A stretch of 64,000 bases of DNA from Eledone cirrhosa (Eukaryota), in the NCBI GenBank assembly GCA_964016885.1, contig OZ024757.1:42842001-42906000 (forward strand). Direction: 5' to 3'. Positions 1 to 12,800 of the stretch are shown here, one piece after another (the stretch's first letter is position 1; the number at the start of each line of letters is the position of its first letter). The position numbers and the translations under genes were made by a program. The notes beneath the pieces are model-generated. The model had not been told where the DNA came from and ran no database searches. It saw only the letters and a program-made list of their open reading frames with translations.

Positions 1-596
1 CCGCCGAACCGTAGTGCGCATGCGCCAAGGCCGCCGGACCAGACTGCGCATGCGCCAAGGCCGCCGGACCGTAGTGCGCATGCGCCAAGGCCGCCTGACC
101 GTAGTGCGCATGCGTCAAGGCCGCAGTACCGAACTGCGTATGGGCTAAGGCCGCCGGACCGTACTGCGCATGCGCCAAGGCCGCCGGACCATACTGCGCA
201 TGCGCCAAGGCCGCCGTACAGCGCACTACGGTCTGGCATCATTGGCGCATGCGCACTACGGCCCGGCGGCCTTGGCGCATGCGCAGTACGGCCCGGCAAC
301 CTTGGCGTATGCGCACTACGGTCTGTCGGCCTTGGCGCATGCGCACTACTGTCCGGCGGCCTTGGCGCATGCGCAGTACGGTCCAGCGGCCTTGACGCAT
401 GCGCACTACGGTTCGGCGGCCTTGGCGCATGCGTACAACGGTCCGGCGGCCTTGGCGCATGCGCACTACGGTCTGGCAGCATTGGCGCATGCGCACTACG
501 GTCCGCCGTCCTTGGCGCATGCGCACTACGGTCCGCCGTCCTTGGCGCATGCGCACTACGGTCCGACGTCCTTGGCGCATGTGCAGTACGGTCCGG

Positions 597-1175
597 ATGA
601 CTTTTTAGCCATTTTAAGCCTTTATGTTGCCATATTTAGCCATTTTTGAGTCATTTTAGTAATTTATGATGCAGTTTTTACCATTTTAGAGCCATTTATA
701 GTCATTTTAGACGTTTCAGTCGTGTTAGAGTCATTCTAGTCAATTATGATACGGTTTTAGCATTTTAGTCGTTGATGATGACGTTTTAGTCATTTATGAT
801 GCAGATTCAGCCATTCTGTTGTAATATGGCAACATAAATGATTAAATGGCCCTAAAATGGCTAAAACAGCATCATATTTGACAAAAGTGACTCGTAAATG
901 AGTAAAACGGTATCATAAATGACTAAAATAACTCTAGAAAGGCTACTACAGCATCATAAATGATTAAAATGACTCTAAAACGACTAAAACGTCTAAAATG
1001 ACAAAAATGGCTTTAATATAGCTTAAACTGCATCTTAAATGACTAAAACTACTAAAATGACTCCGAAATGGCTAAAATGACACTAAAGTGGCTAAAACGG
1101 ACTGTTAAATTGCTAAATTGTCTCTAAAATGGCTAAAACGTCTTCATAAATAAATAAAATGGCTAAAACGTGGGT
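597..1175. repeat. AT-rich spacer type A, copy 1 (internally inverted, degenerate ~41-bp repeat)
   Basis: T-tract left half, A-tract right half; motifs TAAAATGACT/TAAAATGGCT; near-identical to 7004-7604 and 9107-9674. Confidence 0.95.
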
Positions 1176-4100
1176 GCCGGACCGTAGTGCGCATGCGCCA
1201 AGGCCGCCGGACCGTAATGCGCATGCGCCAAGGCCGCCGGATCGTAGTGCGCATGCGCCAAGGCCGACTGACTGTACTGCGCATGTGTCATCGTCGCAGT
1301 ACCGAACTGCGCATGCGGTAAGGCCGCCGGACCGTACTGCGCATGCGCCAAGGCCGCCGGACCGTAGTGCGCAGGCGCCAAGGCCGCCGGACCGTAGTGC
1401 GCATGCACCAAGGCCGCCTGAGTGTACTGCGCATGCATCAAGGTCCCAGTACCGTACTGCGCAAAGGCCGCCGGACAGTAGTGCGCATGCGCCAGAGCCG
1501 CCGAACCGTAGTGCGCATGCGCCAAGGCCGCCCGACCGTAGTGCGCATGGGCCAAAGCCGCCCGACCGTACTGCGCATGCGCTAAGTCCGTAGTACCGTA
1601 CTGCGCATGCTACAAGGCCGCAGTACCGTACTGCGCATGCGACAAGGCCGCAGTACCGTAGTGCGCATGCGCCAAGGCCACCGGACCGTAGTGCGCATGA
1701 GCCAAGGCCGCCGGACCGTACTGCGCATGCGCCAAGCCCGCCGGACCGTAGTGCGCATGCGCCAGAGCCGCCGAACCGTGGTGCACATGCGCCAAGCCCG
1801 CCGGACCGTAGTGCGCATGCGCCAAGCCCGCCGGACCGTAGTGCGCATGCGCCAAGGCCGCCTGACTGTACTGCGCATGCGTCAAGGTCCCAGTACCGAA
1901 CTGCTCATGCGCTAAGGCCACCGGACCGTACTGCGCATGCGCCAAGGCCGCCGGACCTTAGTGCGCATGCGCCAGAGCCGCCGAACCGTGGTGTGCATGC
2001 GCCAAGGCCGCCGGACCATACTGCGCATGCGCCAAAGCCGCCTGACTGTACTGCGCATGCGCCAAGGCCGCCTGACTGTACTGCGCATGCGACAAGGCCG
2101 CCGGACCGTTGTGCGCATGCGCCAAGGCCACCTAAATGTACTGCGCATGGTCGCAGTACCGAACTGCGCATGCGCCAAGGCCGCCGGACCGTACTGCGAA
2201 TGCGCCAAGGCCGCCGGACCGTAGTGCGCATGCGCCAAAGCCGCCGAACCGTAGTGCGCATGCGCCAAGGCCGCCGGACCATACTGCGCACGCATGCGCC
2301 GCGGCCGCAGGACCGTAGTGCGCATGCGCCAAGGCCGCCTGACTGTACTGCGCATGCGGCAAGACCACAGTACCGAACTGCGCATGCACTAAGGCCGCAG
2401 GACCGTAGTGCGCATGCGCCAAGGCCGCCTAACTGTACTGCGCATGCGTCAAGGTCGCAGTGCCGAACTGCGCATGCGCTAAGGCCGCCGGACCGTACTG
2501 CGCATGCGCCAAGGCCGCCGGACCGTAGTGCGCATGCGCCAAAGCCGCCGAACCGTAGTGCGCATGCGCCAAGGTCGCCGGACCTGACTGCGCATGCGCC
2601 GCGGCCGCCGGACCGTACTGCGCATGCCCCAAGGCCGCCTGGTTGTACTGCGCATGCCCCAAGGCCGCCTGGTTGTACTGCTCATGCCCCAAGGCCGCCC
2701 GACCGTAGTGCGCATGCGCCAAGGCCGCCCGACCGTAGTGCGCATGCGTCAAGGTCGCAGTACCGAATTGCGCATGCACTAAGGCCGCCGGACCGAACTG
2801 CGTATGGGCTAAGGCCGCCGGACCGTACTGCGCATGCGCCAAAGCCGCCGGACCGTAGTGCGCATGCGTCAAGGTCGCAGTACCGAACTGCGCATGCGCT
2901 AAGGCCGCCGGACCGTACTGCGCATGCGCCAAGGCCGCCGGACCGTACTGCGCATGCCCCAAGGCCGCCAGGTTGTACTGCGCATGCCCAAGGCCTTCCG
3001 ACCGTAGTGCGCATGCGCCAAAGCCGCCGAACCGTAGTGCGCATGCGCCAAGGCCGCCTAACTGTACTGCGCATGCGTCAAGGTCGCAGTACCGAACTGC
3101 GCATGCGCCAAGGCCGCCGGACCGTACTGCGAATGCGCCAAGGCCGCCGGACCGTAGTGCGCATGCGCCGAACCGTAGTGCGCATGCGCCAAGGCCGCCG
3201 GACCATACTGCGCACGCATGCGCCGCGGCCGCAGGACCGTAGTGCGCATGCGCCAAGGCCGCCGGACCGTAGTGCGCATGCGCCAAGGCCGCCGGACCGT
3301 AGTGCGCATGCGCCAAGGCCGCCTGACTGTACTGCGCATGCGTCAAGGCCGCAGTACCGAACTGTGTATGGGCTAAGGCCGCCGGACCGTACTGCGCATG
3401 CGCCAAGGCCGCCGGACCGTAGTGCGCATGCGCCAAGGCCGCCGGACCATACTGCGCATGCGCCAAGGCCGCCGGACCGTAGTGCGCATGCGCCAAGGCC
3501 GCCTAACTGTACTGCGCATGCGTCAAGGTCGCAGTACCGAACTGCGCATGCGCCAAGGCCGCCGGACCGTAGTGCGCATGCGCCAAGGCCGCCGGACCGT
3601 AGTGCGCATGCTCCAAGGCCGCCTGGTTGTACTGCGCATGCGCCAAGGCCGCCGGATCGTAGTGCGCATGCGCCAAGGCCGCCTGACTGTACTGCGCATG
3701 CGTCAAGGCCGCAGTACCGAACTGCGTATGGGCTAAGGCCGCCGGACCGTAATGCGCATGCGCCAAGGCCGCCGGACCGTAGTGCGCATGCGTCAAGGTC
3801 GCAGTACCGAACTGCGCATGCGCCAAGGCCGCCGGACCTGACTGCGCATGCGCCGCGGCCGCCGAACCGTACTGCGCATGCCCCAAGGCCGCCTGGTTGT
3901 ACTGCGCATGCCCCAAGGCCGCCTGGTTGTACTGCGCATGCCCCAAGGCCGCCCGACCGTAGTGCGCATGCGCCAAGGCCGCCCGACCGAGGTGCGCATG
4001 AGTCGAGGTCGCAGTACCGAACTGCGCATGCGCTAAGGCCGCCGGACCGTACTGCGCATGCGCCAAGGCAGCCGGACCGTAGTGCGCATGCGCCCAAGCC

Positions 4101-7003
4101 GCCGGACCATACTGCGCATGCGCCAAGGCCGCCGAACCGTCGTGCCCATGCGCCAAGACCGCCGGACCGTACTGCGCATGCGCCAAGGCCGCTGAACCGT
4201 ACTGCGCATGCCCCAAAGCCGCCGACCCGTAGTGCGCATGCACCAAGGCCACTGGACCGTACTGGGCATGCTCTAAGACCGTCGGACCGCAGTGCGCATG
4301 CCCCAAGGCCGTCGGACCGTAGTGCGCATGTGCCAAGGCCGCCGAACCGTACTGCGCATGCGCCAAGGCCGCCGAACCGTACTGCGCATGCGCCAAGGCC
4401 GCCGGACCGTAGTGCGCATGCGCCAAAGACGCCGAACCGTCGTGCCCATGCGCCAAGACCGCCGGACCGTACTGCGCATGCCCCAAAGCCGCCGACCCGT
4501 AGTGCGCATGTACCAAGGCCACCGGACCGTACTGCGCGTGCTCTAAGACCGTCGGACCGCAGTGCGCATGCCCCAAGGCCGCCAGACCGTAGTGCGCATG
4601 CGCCAAGGCCGCCAGACCGTAGTGCGCATGCGCCAAGGCCGCCGAACCGTACTGCTCATGCGCCAAGGCCGCCGAACCGTACTGCGCATGCGCCAAGGCC
4701 GCCGAACCGTACTGCGCATGCGCCAAGGCCGCCGAACCGTACTGCGCATGCGCCAAAGCCGCCGAACCGTAGTGCGCATGCGCCAAAGCCGCTGGACCGT
4801 AGTGCGCATGCGCCAAGGCCACTGGACCGTACTGCGCATGTACCAAGGCCGCCGTCGTAGTGCGCATGCGCCAAGGCCGCCGGAACTTTGTGCGCATGCG
4901 CCAAGGCCGCCGGAACTTTGTGCGCATGCGCCAAGGCCGCCGGACCGTAGTGCGCATGCGCCAAGGCCGCCGGACCATAGTGCGCATGCGCCAAGGCCGC
5001 CGGAGCATACTGCACATGCGCCAAGGCCGCCGGACCGTAGTGCGCATGCGCCAAGGCCACCGGACCGTAGTGCGCATGAGCCAAGGCCGCCGGACCGTAG
5101 TGCGCATGCGCCAGAGCCGCCGAACCGTGGTGCACATGCGCCAAGCCCGTCGGACCGTAGTGCGCATGCGCCAAGCCCGCCGGACCGTAGTGCGCATGCG
5201 CCAAGGCCGCCTGACTGTACTGCGCATGCGTCAAGGTCCCAGTACCGAACTGCGCATGCGCTAAGGCCACCGGACCGTACTGCGCGTGCGCCAAGGCCGC
5301 CGAACCGTGGTGTGCATGCGCCAAGGCCACCGGACCATACTGCGCATGCGCCAAAGCCGCCTGACTGTACTGCGCATGCGCCAAGGCCGCCTGACTGTAC
5401 TGCGCATGCGACAAGGCCGCCGGACCGTAGTGCGCATGCGCCCAAGCCGCCGGACCATACTGCGCATGCGCCAAGGCTGCCGGACCGTAGTGCGCATGCG
5501 TCAAGGCCGCAGTACCGAACTGCGCATGCGCTAAGGCCGCAGTACCGAACTGCGCATGCGCCAAGGCCGCCGTACCGTACTGCGCATGCGCCAAGGACGC
5601 CGGACCGTAGTGCGCATGCGCCAAAGACGCCGAACAGTCGTGCCCATGCGCCAAGACCGCCGGACCGTACTGCGCATGCCCCAAAGCCGCCGACCCGTAG
5701 TGCGCATGCACCAAGGCCACCGGACCGTACTGCGCATGCTCTAAGACCGTCGGACCGTAGTGCGCATGCCCCAAGGCCGTCGGACCGTAGTGCGCATGCG
5801 CCAATGCCGCCAGACCGTAGTGCGCATACGCCAAGGCCGCCGAACCCTACTGCGCATGCGCCAAGGCCGCCGAACCGTACTGCGCATGCGCCAAGGCCGC
5901 CGAACCGTACTGCGCATGCGCCAAGGCCGCCGAACCGTACTCCGCATGCGCCAAAGCCGCTGGACCGTAGTGCGCATGCGCCAAGGCCACTGGACCGTAC
6001 TGCGCATGTACCAAGGCCGCCGTCGTAGTGCGCATGCGCCAATGCCGCCGGACCTTTGTGCGCATGCGGTACGGTGGCCTTGGCGCATGCGCACTAAGGT
6101 CTAACGGCCTTGGCGCATGCGCACTACGGTTCGGCGGCTTTGACGCACACGGACTACGTTCCGTCAGATTTGGCGCACGCACACTACGGTCCGGCGGTCT
6201 TGGCGCATGCGCACTACGGTCCGGCGACCATGCCGCATGCGCACTACGTTCCGGTGGCCTTGGCACATGCGCAGTACCGTCCGGCGGCTTTTGCGCATGC
6301 GCACTACGGTCTGGCAGCCTTGGCGCATGCGCACTACGGTCCAGCGGCCTTGGCGCATGCGCACTACGTTCCGGTGGCCTTGGCGCATGCGCAGTACGGT
6401 CCAGTGGCCTTGGCGCATGCGTAGTAAGGTCCGGCGCCCTTAGCGCATGCGCAGTACGGTCCGGCAGCCTTGGCGCATGCGCACTAAGGGCCAGCGGTCT
6501 TTGCGCATGCGCACAACGGTCCGGTGGCCTTGGTGCATGCGCACTACGGTCCGGCGGCCTTGGCGCATGCGCACTAAGGTCCGGCGGCTTTGGTGCATGC
6601 GCACTACGGTCTGGCATCATTGGCGCATGCGCACTACGGTCCGGCGGCCTTGGCGCATGCGCAGTACGGCTGGCAACCTTGGCGTATGCGCACTACGGTC
6701 TGTCGGCCTTGGCGCATGCGCACTACTGTCCGGCGGCCTTGGCGTATGCGCAGTACGGTCCAGCGGCCTTGGCGCATGCGCACTACGGTTCGGCGGCCTT
6801 GGCGCATGCGCACTACGGTTCGGCGGCCTTGGCGCATGCGTACAACGGTCCGGCGGCCTTGGCGCATGCGCACTACGGTCTGGCAGCATTTGCGCATGCG
6901 CACTAAGGTCCGGCGGCCTTGGCGCATGCGCACTACGGTCCGACGTCCTTGGCGCATGCGCACTACGGTCCGACGTCCTTGGCGCATGTGCAGTACGGTC
7001 CGG

Positions 7004-7604
7004 ATGACTTTTTGGCCATTTTAAGCCTTTATGTTGCCATATTTAGCCATTTTTGAGTCATTTTAGTAATTTATGATGCAGTTTTTACCATTTTAGAGCC
7101 ATTTATAGTCATTTTAGACGTTTCAGTCGTGTTAGAGTCATTCTAGTCAATTATGATACGGTTTTAGCATTTTAGTCGTTGATGATGACGTTTTAGTCAT
7201 TTCTGATGCAGTTTCAGCCATTCTGTTGTAATATGGCAACATAAATGATTAAACGGCCCTAAAATGGCTAAAACAGCATCATATTTGACAAAAATGACTC
7301 GTAAATGAGTAAAACGGTATCGTAAATGACTAAAATAACTCTAGAAAGGCTACTACAGCATCATAAATGATTAAAATGACTCTAAAACGACTAAAACGTC
7401 TAAAATGACAAAAATGGCTTTAATATAGCTTAAACTGCATCTTAAATGACTAAAACTACTAAAATGACTCCGAAATGGCTAAAAAAAACATCATAAATGG
7501 CTAAAATGACACTAAAGTGGCTAAAACGGACTGTTAAATTGCTAAATTGTCTCTAAAATGGCTAAAACGTCTTCATAAATAAATAAAATGGCTAAAACGT
7601 GGGT
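7004..7604. repeat. AT-rich spacer type A, copy 2
   Basis: Same sequence and same flanking junctions as 597-1175, plus a 22-bp extra segment AAAAAAAACATCATAAATGGCT at ~7481-7502. Confidence 0.95.
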
Positions 7605-9106
7605 GCCGGACCGTAGTGCGCATGCGCCAAGGCCGCCGGACCGTAATGCGCATGCGCCAAGGCCGCCGGACCGTAGTGCGCATGCGCCAAGACCGACTGA
7701 CTGTACTGCGCATGTGTCATCGTCGCAGTACCGCACTGCGCATGCGGTAAGGCCGCCGGACCGTACTGCGCATGCGCCAAGGCCGCCGGACCGTAGTGCG
7801 CAGGCGCCAAGGCCGCCGGACCGTAGTGCGCATGCACCAAGGCCGCCTGAGTGTACTGCGCATGCATCAAGGTCCCAGTACCGTACTGCGCATGCGCAAA
7901 GGCCGCCGGACAGTAGTGCGCATGCGCCAGAGCCGCCCGACCGTACTGCGCATGCGCTAAGTCCGTAGTACCGTACTGCGCATGCTACAAGGCCGCAGTA
8001 CCGTACTGCGCATGCGACAAGGCCGCAGTACCGTAGTGCGCATGCGCCAAGGCCACCGGACCGTAGTGCGCATGAGCCAAGGCCGCCGGACCGTACTGCG
8101 CATGCGCCAAGCCCGCCGGACCGTAGTGCGCATGCGCCAGAGCCGCCGAACCGTGGTGCACATGCGCCAAGCCCGCCGGACCGTAGTGCGCATGCGCCAA
8201 GGCCGCCTGACTGTACTGCGCATGCGTCAAGGTCCCAGTACCGAACTGCGCATGCGCTAAGGCCACCGGACCGTACTGCGCATGCGCCAAGGCCGCCGGA
8301 CCGTAGTGCGCATGCGCCAGAGCCGCCGAACCGTGGTGTGCATGCGCCAAGGCCGCCGGACCATACTGCACATGCGCCAAAGCCACCTGACTGTACTGCG
8401 CATGTGCCAAGGCCGCCTGACTGTACTGCGCATGCGACAAGGCCGCCAGACCGTAGTGCGCATGCGCCAAGACCACCTAACTGTACTGCGCATGCGTCAA
8501 GGTCGCAGTACCGAACTGCGCATGCGCCAAGGCCGCCGGACCGTACTGCGCATGCGCCAAGGCCGCCGGACCGTAGTGCGCATGCGCCAAAGCCGCCGAA
8601 CCGTAGTGCGCATGCGCCAAGGCCGCCGGACCATACTGCGCACGCATGCGCCGCGGCCGCAGGACCGTAGTGCGCATGCGCCAAGGCCGCCTGGTTGTAC
8701 TGCGCATGCGCCAAGGCCGCCGGACCGCATGCGCACTAAGGTCCGGCGGCTTTGGTGCATGCGCACTACGGTCTGGCATCATTGGCGCATGCGCACTACG
8801 GTCCGGCGGCCTTGGCGCATGCGCAGTACGGCCCGGCAACCTTGGCGTATGCGCACTACGGTCTGTCGGCCTTGGCGCATGCGCACTACTGTCCGACGGC
8901 CTTGGCGCATGCGCAGTACGGTCCAGCGGCCTTGACGCATGCGCACTTCGGTTCGGCGGCCTTGGCGCATGCGTACAACGGTCCGGCGGCCTTGGCGCAT
9001 GCGCACTACGGTCTGGCAGCATTGGCGCATGCGCACTACGGTCCGACGTCCTTGGCGCATGCGCACTACGGTCCGACGTCCTTGGCGCATGTGCAGTACG
9101 GTCCGG

Positions 9107-9674
9107 ATGACTTTTTAGCCATTTTAAGCCTTTATGTTGCCATATTTAGCCATTTTTGAGTAATTTTAGTAATTTATGATGCAGTTTTTACCATTTTAGA
9201 GCCATTTATAGTCATTTTAGACGTTTCAGTCGTGTTAGAGTCATTCTAGTCAATTATGATACGGTTTTAGCATTCTAGTCATTGATGATGACGTTTTAGT
9301 CATTTATGATGCAGTTTCAGCCATTCTGTTGTAATATGGCAACATAAATGATTAAATGGCCCTAAAATGGCTAAAACAGCATCATATTTGACAAAAATGA
9401 CTCGTAAATGAGTAAAACGGTATCATAAATGACTAAAATAACACTAGAAAGGCTACTACAGCATCATAAATGATTAAAATGACTCTAAAACGTCTAAAAT
9501 GACAAAAATGGCTTTAATATAGCTTAAACTGCATCTTAAATGACTAAAACTACTAAAATGACTCCGAAATGGCTAAAATGACACTAAAGTGGCTAAAACG
9601 GACTGTTAAATTGCTAAATTGTCTCTAAAATGGCTAAAACGTCTTCATAAATAAATAAAATGGCTAAATAAAAT
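9107..9674. repeat. AT-rich spacer type A, copy 3
   Basis: Same as 597-1175 with a 9-bp deletion (CGACTAAAA) near 9490 and a rearranged right junction. Confidence 0.95.
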
Positions 9675-9874
9675 GTCCGTAGTACCGTACTGCGCATGCT
9701 ACAAGGCCGCAGTACCGTACTGCGCATGCGACAAGGCCGCAGTACCGTAGTGCGCATGCGCCAAGGCCACCGGACCGTAGTGCGCATGAGCCAAGGCCGC
9801 CGGACCGTACTGCGCATGCGCCAAGCCCGCCGGACCGTAGTGCGCATGCGCCAGAGCCGCCGAACCGTGGTGCA

Positions 9875-12800
9875 CATGCGCCAAGCCCGCCGTCCCGTAG
9901 TGCGCATGCGCCAAGCCCGCCGGACCGTAGTGCGCATGCGCCAAGGCCGCCTGACTGTACTGCGCATGCGTCAAGGTCCCAGTACCGAACTGCGCATGCG
10001 CTAAGGCCACCGGACCGTACTGCGCATGCGCCAAGGCCGCCGGACCTTAGTGCGCATGCGCCAGAGCCGCCGAACCGTGGTGTGCATGCGCCAAGGCCGC
10101 CGGACCATACTGCGCATGCGCCAAAGCCGCCTGACTGTACTGCGCATGCGCCAAGGCCGCCTGACTGTACTGCGCATGCGACAAGGCCGCCGGACCGTTG
10201 TGCGCATGCGCCAAGGCCACCTAAATGTACTGCGCATGGTCGCAGTACCGAACTGCGCATGCGCCAAGGCCGCCGGACCGTACTGCGAATGCGCCAAGGC
10301 CGCCGGACCGTAGTGCGCAAGCGCCAAAGCCGCCGAACCGTAGTGCGCATGCGCCAAGGCCGCCGGACCATACTGCGCACGCATGCGCCGCGGCCGCAGG
10401 ACCGTAGTGCGCATGCGCCAAGGCCGCCTGGTTGTACTGCGCATGCGCCAAGGCCGCCGGACCGTAGTGCGCATGCGCCAAGGCCGCAGTACCGAACTGC
10501 GTATGGGCTAAGGCCGCCGGACCGTACTGCGCATGCGCCAAGGCCGCCGGACCGTAGTGCGCATGCGCCAAGGCCGCCGGACCGTAGTGCGCCTGCGCCA
10601 AGGCCGCCTAACTGTACTGCGCATGCGTCAAATCGCAGTACCAACTGCGCATGCGCTAAGGCCGCCGGACCGTAGTGCGCATGCGCCAAGTCCGCCTGGT
10701 TGTACTGCGCATGCGCCAAGGCCGCCGGACCGTAGTGCGCATGCGCCAAGGCCGCCTGACTGTACTGCGCATGCGTCAAGGCCGCAGTACCGAACTGCGT
10801 ATGGGCTAAGGCCGCCGGACCGTACTGCGCATGCGCCAAGGCCGCCAGACCGTAGTGCGCATGCGCCAAGGCCGCCGGACCATACTGCGCATGCGCCAAG
10901 GCCGCCGGACCGTAGTGCGAATGCGCCAAGGCCGCCTAACTGTACTGCGCATGCGTCAAGGTCGCAGTACCGAACTGCGCATGCGCTAAGGCCGCCGGAC
11001 CGTACTGCGCATGCGCCAAGGCCGCCGGACCGTAGTGCGCATGCGCCAAAGCCGCCGAACCGTAGTGCGCATGCGCCAAGGCCGCCGGACCAGACTGCGC
11101 ATGCGCCAAGGCCGCCGGACCGTAGTGCGCATGCGCCAAGGCCGCTCTGACTGTACTGCGCATGCGCCAAGGCCGCTCTGACTGTACTGCGCATGCGCCA
11201 AGGCCGCCGGACCGTAGTGCGCATGCGCCAAGGCCGCCTGACTGTACTGCGCATGCGGCAAGACCACAGTACCGAACTGCGCATGCACTAAGGCCGCCGG
11301 ACCGTAGTGCGCATGCGCCAAGGCCGCCGGACCGTAGTGCGCATGCGCCAAGGCCGCCTAACTGTACTGCGCATGCGTCAAGGTCGCAGTACCGAACTGC
11401 GCATGCGCTAAGGCCGCCGGACCGTAGTGCGCATGCGCCAAAGCCGCCGGACCGTAGTGCGCATGCGCCAAAGCCGCCGAACCGTAGTGCGCATGCGCCA
11501 AGGTCGCCGGACCTGACTGCGCATGCGCCGCGGCCGCCGGACCGTACTGCGCATGCCCCAAGGCCGCCTGGTTGTACTGCGCATGCCCCAAGGCCGCCTG
11601 GTTGTACTGCTCATACCCCAAGGCCGCCCGACCGTAGTGCGCATGCGCCAAGCCCGCCGGACCGTAGTGCGCATGCGCCAAGCCCGCCGGACCGTAGTGC
11701 GCATGCGCCAAGGCCGCCTGACTGTACTGCGCATGCGTCAAGGTCCCAGTACCGAACTGCGCATGCGCTAAGGCCACCGGACCGTACTGCGCATGCGCCA
11801 AGGCCGCCGGACCTTAGTGCGCATGCGCCAGAGCCGCCGAACCGTGGTGTGCATGCGCCAAGGCCGCCGGACCATACTGCGCATGCGCCAAAGCCGCCTG
11901 ACTGTACTGCGCATGCGCCAAGGCCGCCTGACTGTACTGCGCATGCGACAAGGCCGCCGGACCGTTGTGCGCATGCGCCAAGGCCACCTAAATGTACTGC
12001 GCATGGTCGCAGTACCGAACTGCGCATGCGCCAAGGCCGCCGGACCGTACTGCGAATGCGCCAAGGCCGCCGGACCGTAGTGCGCAAGCGCCAAAGCCGC
12101 CGAACCGTAGTGCGCATGCGCCAAGGCCGCCGGACCATACTGCGCACGCATGCGCCGCGGCCGCAGGACCGTAGTGCGCATGCGCCAAGGCCGCCTGGTT
12201 GTACTGCGCATGCGCCAAGGCCGCCGGACCGTAGTGCGCATGCGCCAAGGCCGCAGTACCGAACTGCGTATGGGCTAAGGCCGCCGGACCGTACTGCGCA
12301 TGCGCCAAGGCCGCCGGACCGTAGTGCGCATGCGCCAAGGCCGCCGGACCGTAGTGCGCCTGCGCCAAGGCCGCCTAACTGTACTGCGCATGCGTCAAAT
12401 CGCAGTACCAACTGCGCATGCGCTAAGGCCGCCGGACCGTAGTGCGCATGCGCCAAGTCCGCCTGGTTGTACTGCGCATGCGCCAAGGCCGCCGGACCGT
12501 AGTGCGCATGCGCCAAGGCCGCCTGACTGTACTGCGCATGCGTCAAGGCCGCAGTACCGAACTGCGTATGGGCTAAGGCCGCCGGACCGTACTGCGCATG
12601 CGCCAAGGCCGCCAGACCGTAGTGCGCATGCGCCAAGGCCGCCGGACCATACTGCGCATGCGCCAAGGCCGCCGGACCGTAGTGCGAATGCGCCAAGGCC
12701 GCCTAACTGTACTGCGCATGCGTCAAGGTCGCAGTACCGAACTGCGCATGCGCTAAGGCCGCCGGACCGTACTGCGCATGCGCCAAGGCCGCCGGACCGT

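Noticed and set aside
597-1175. Telomeric repeat (TTTTAG-like motifs) or promoter/polyadenylation signals in the AT spacers
   Set aside because: TTTTAG motifs are dispersed parts of the 41-bp unit, not tandem telomere repeats; AATAAA and TATA-like words are expected by chance at this AT content.
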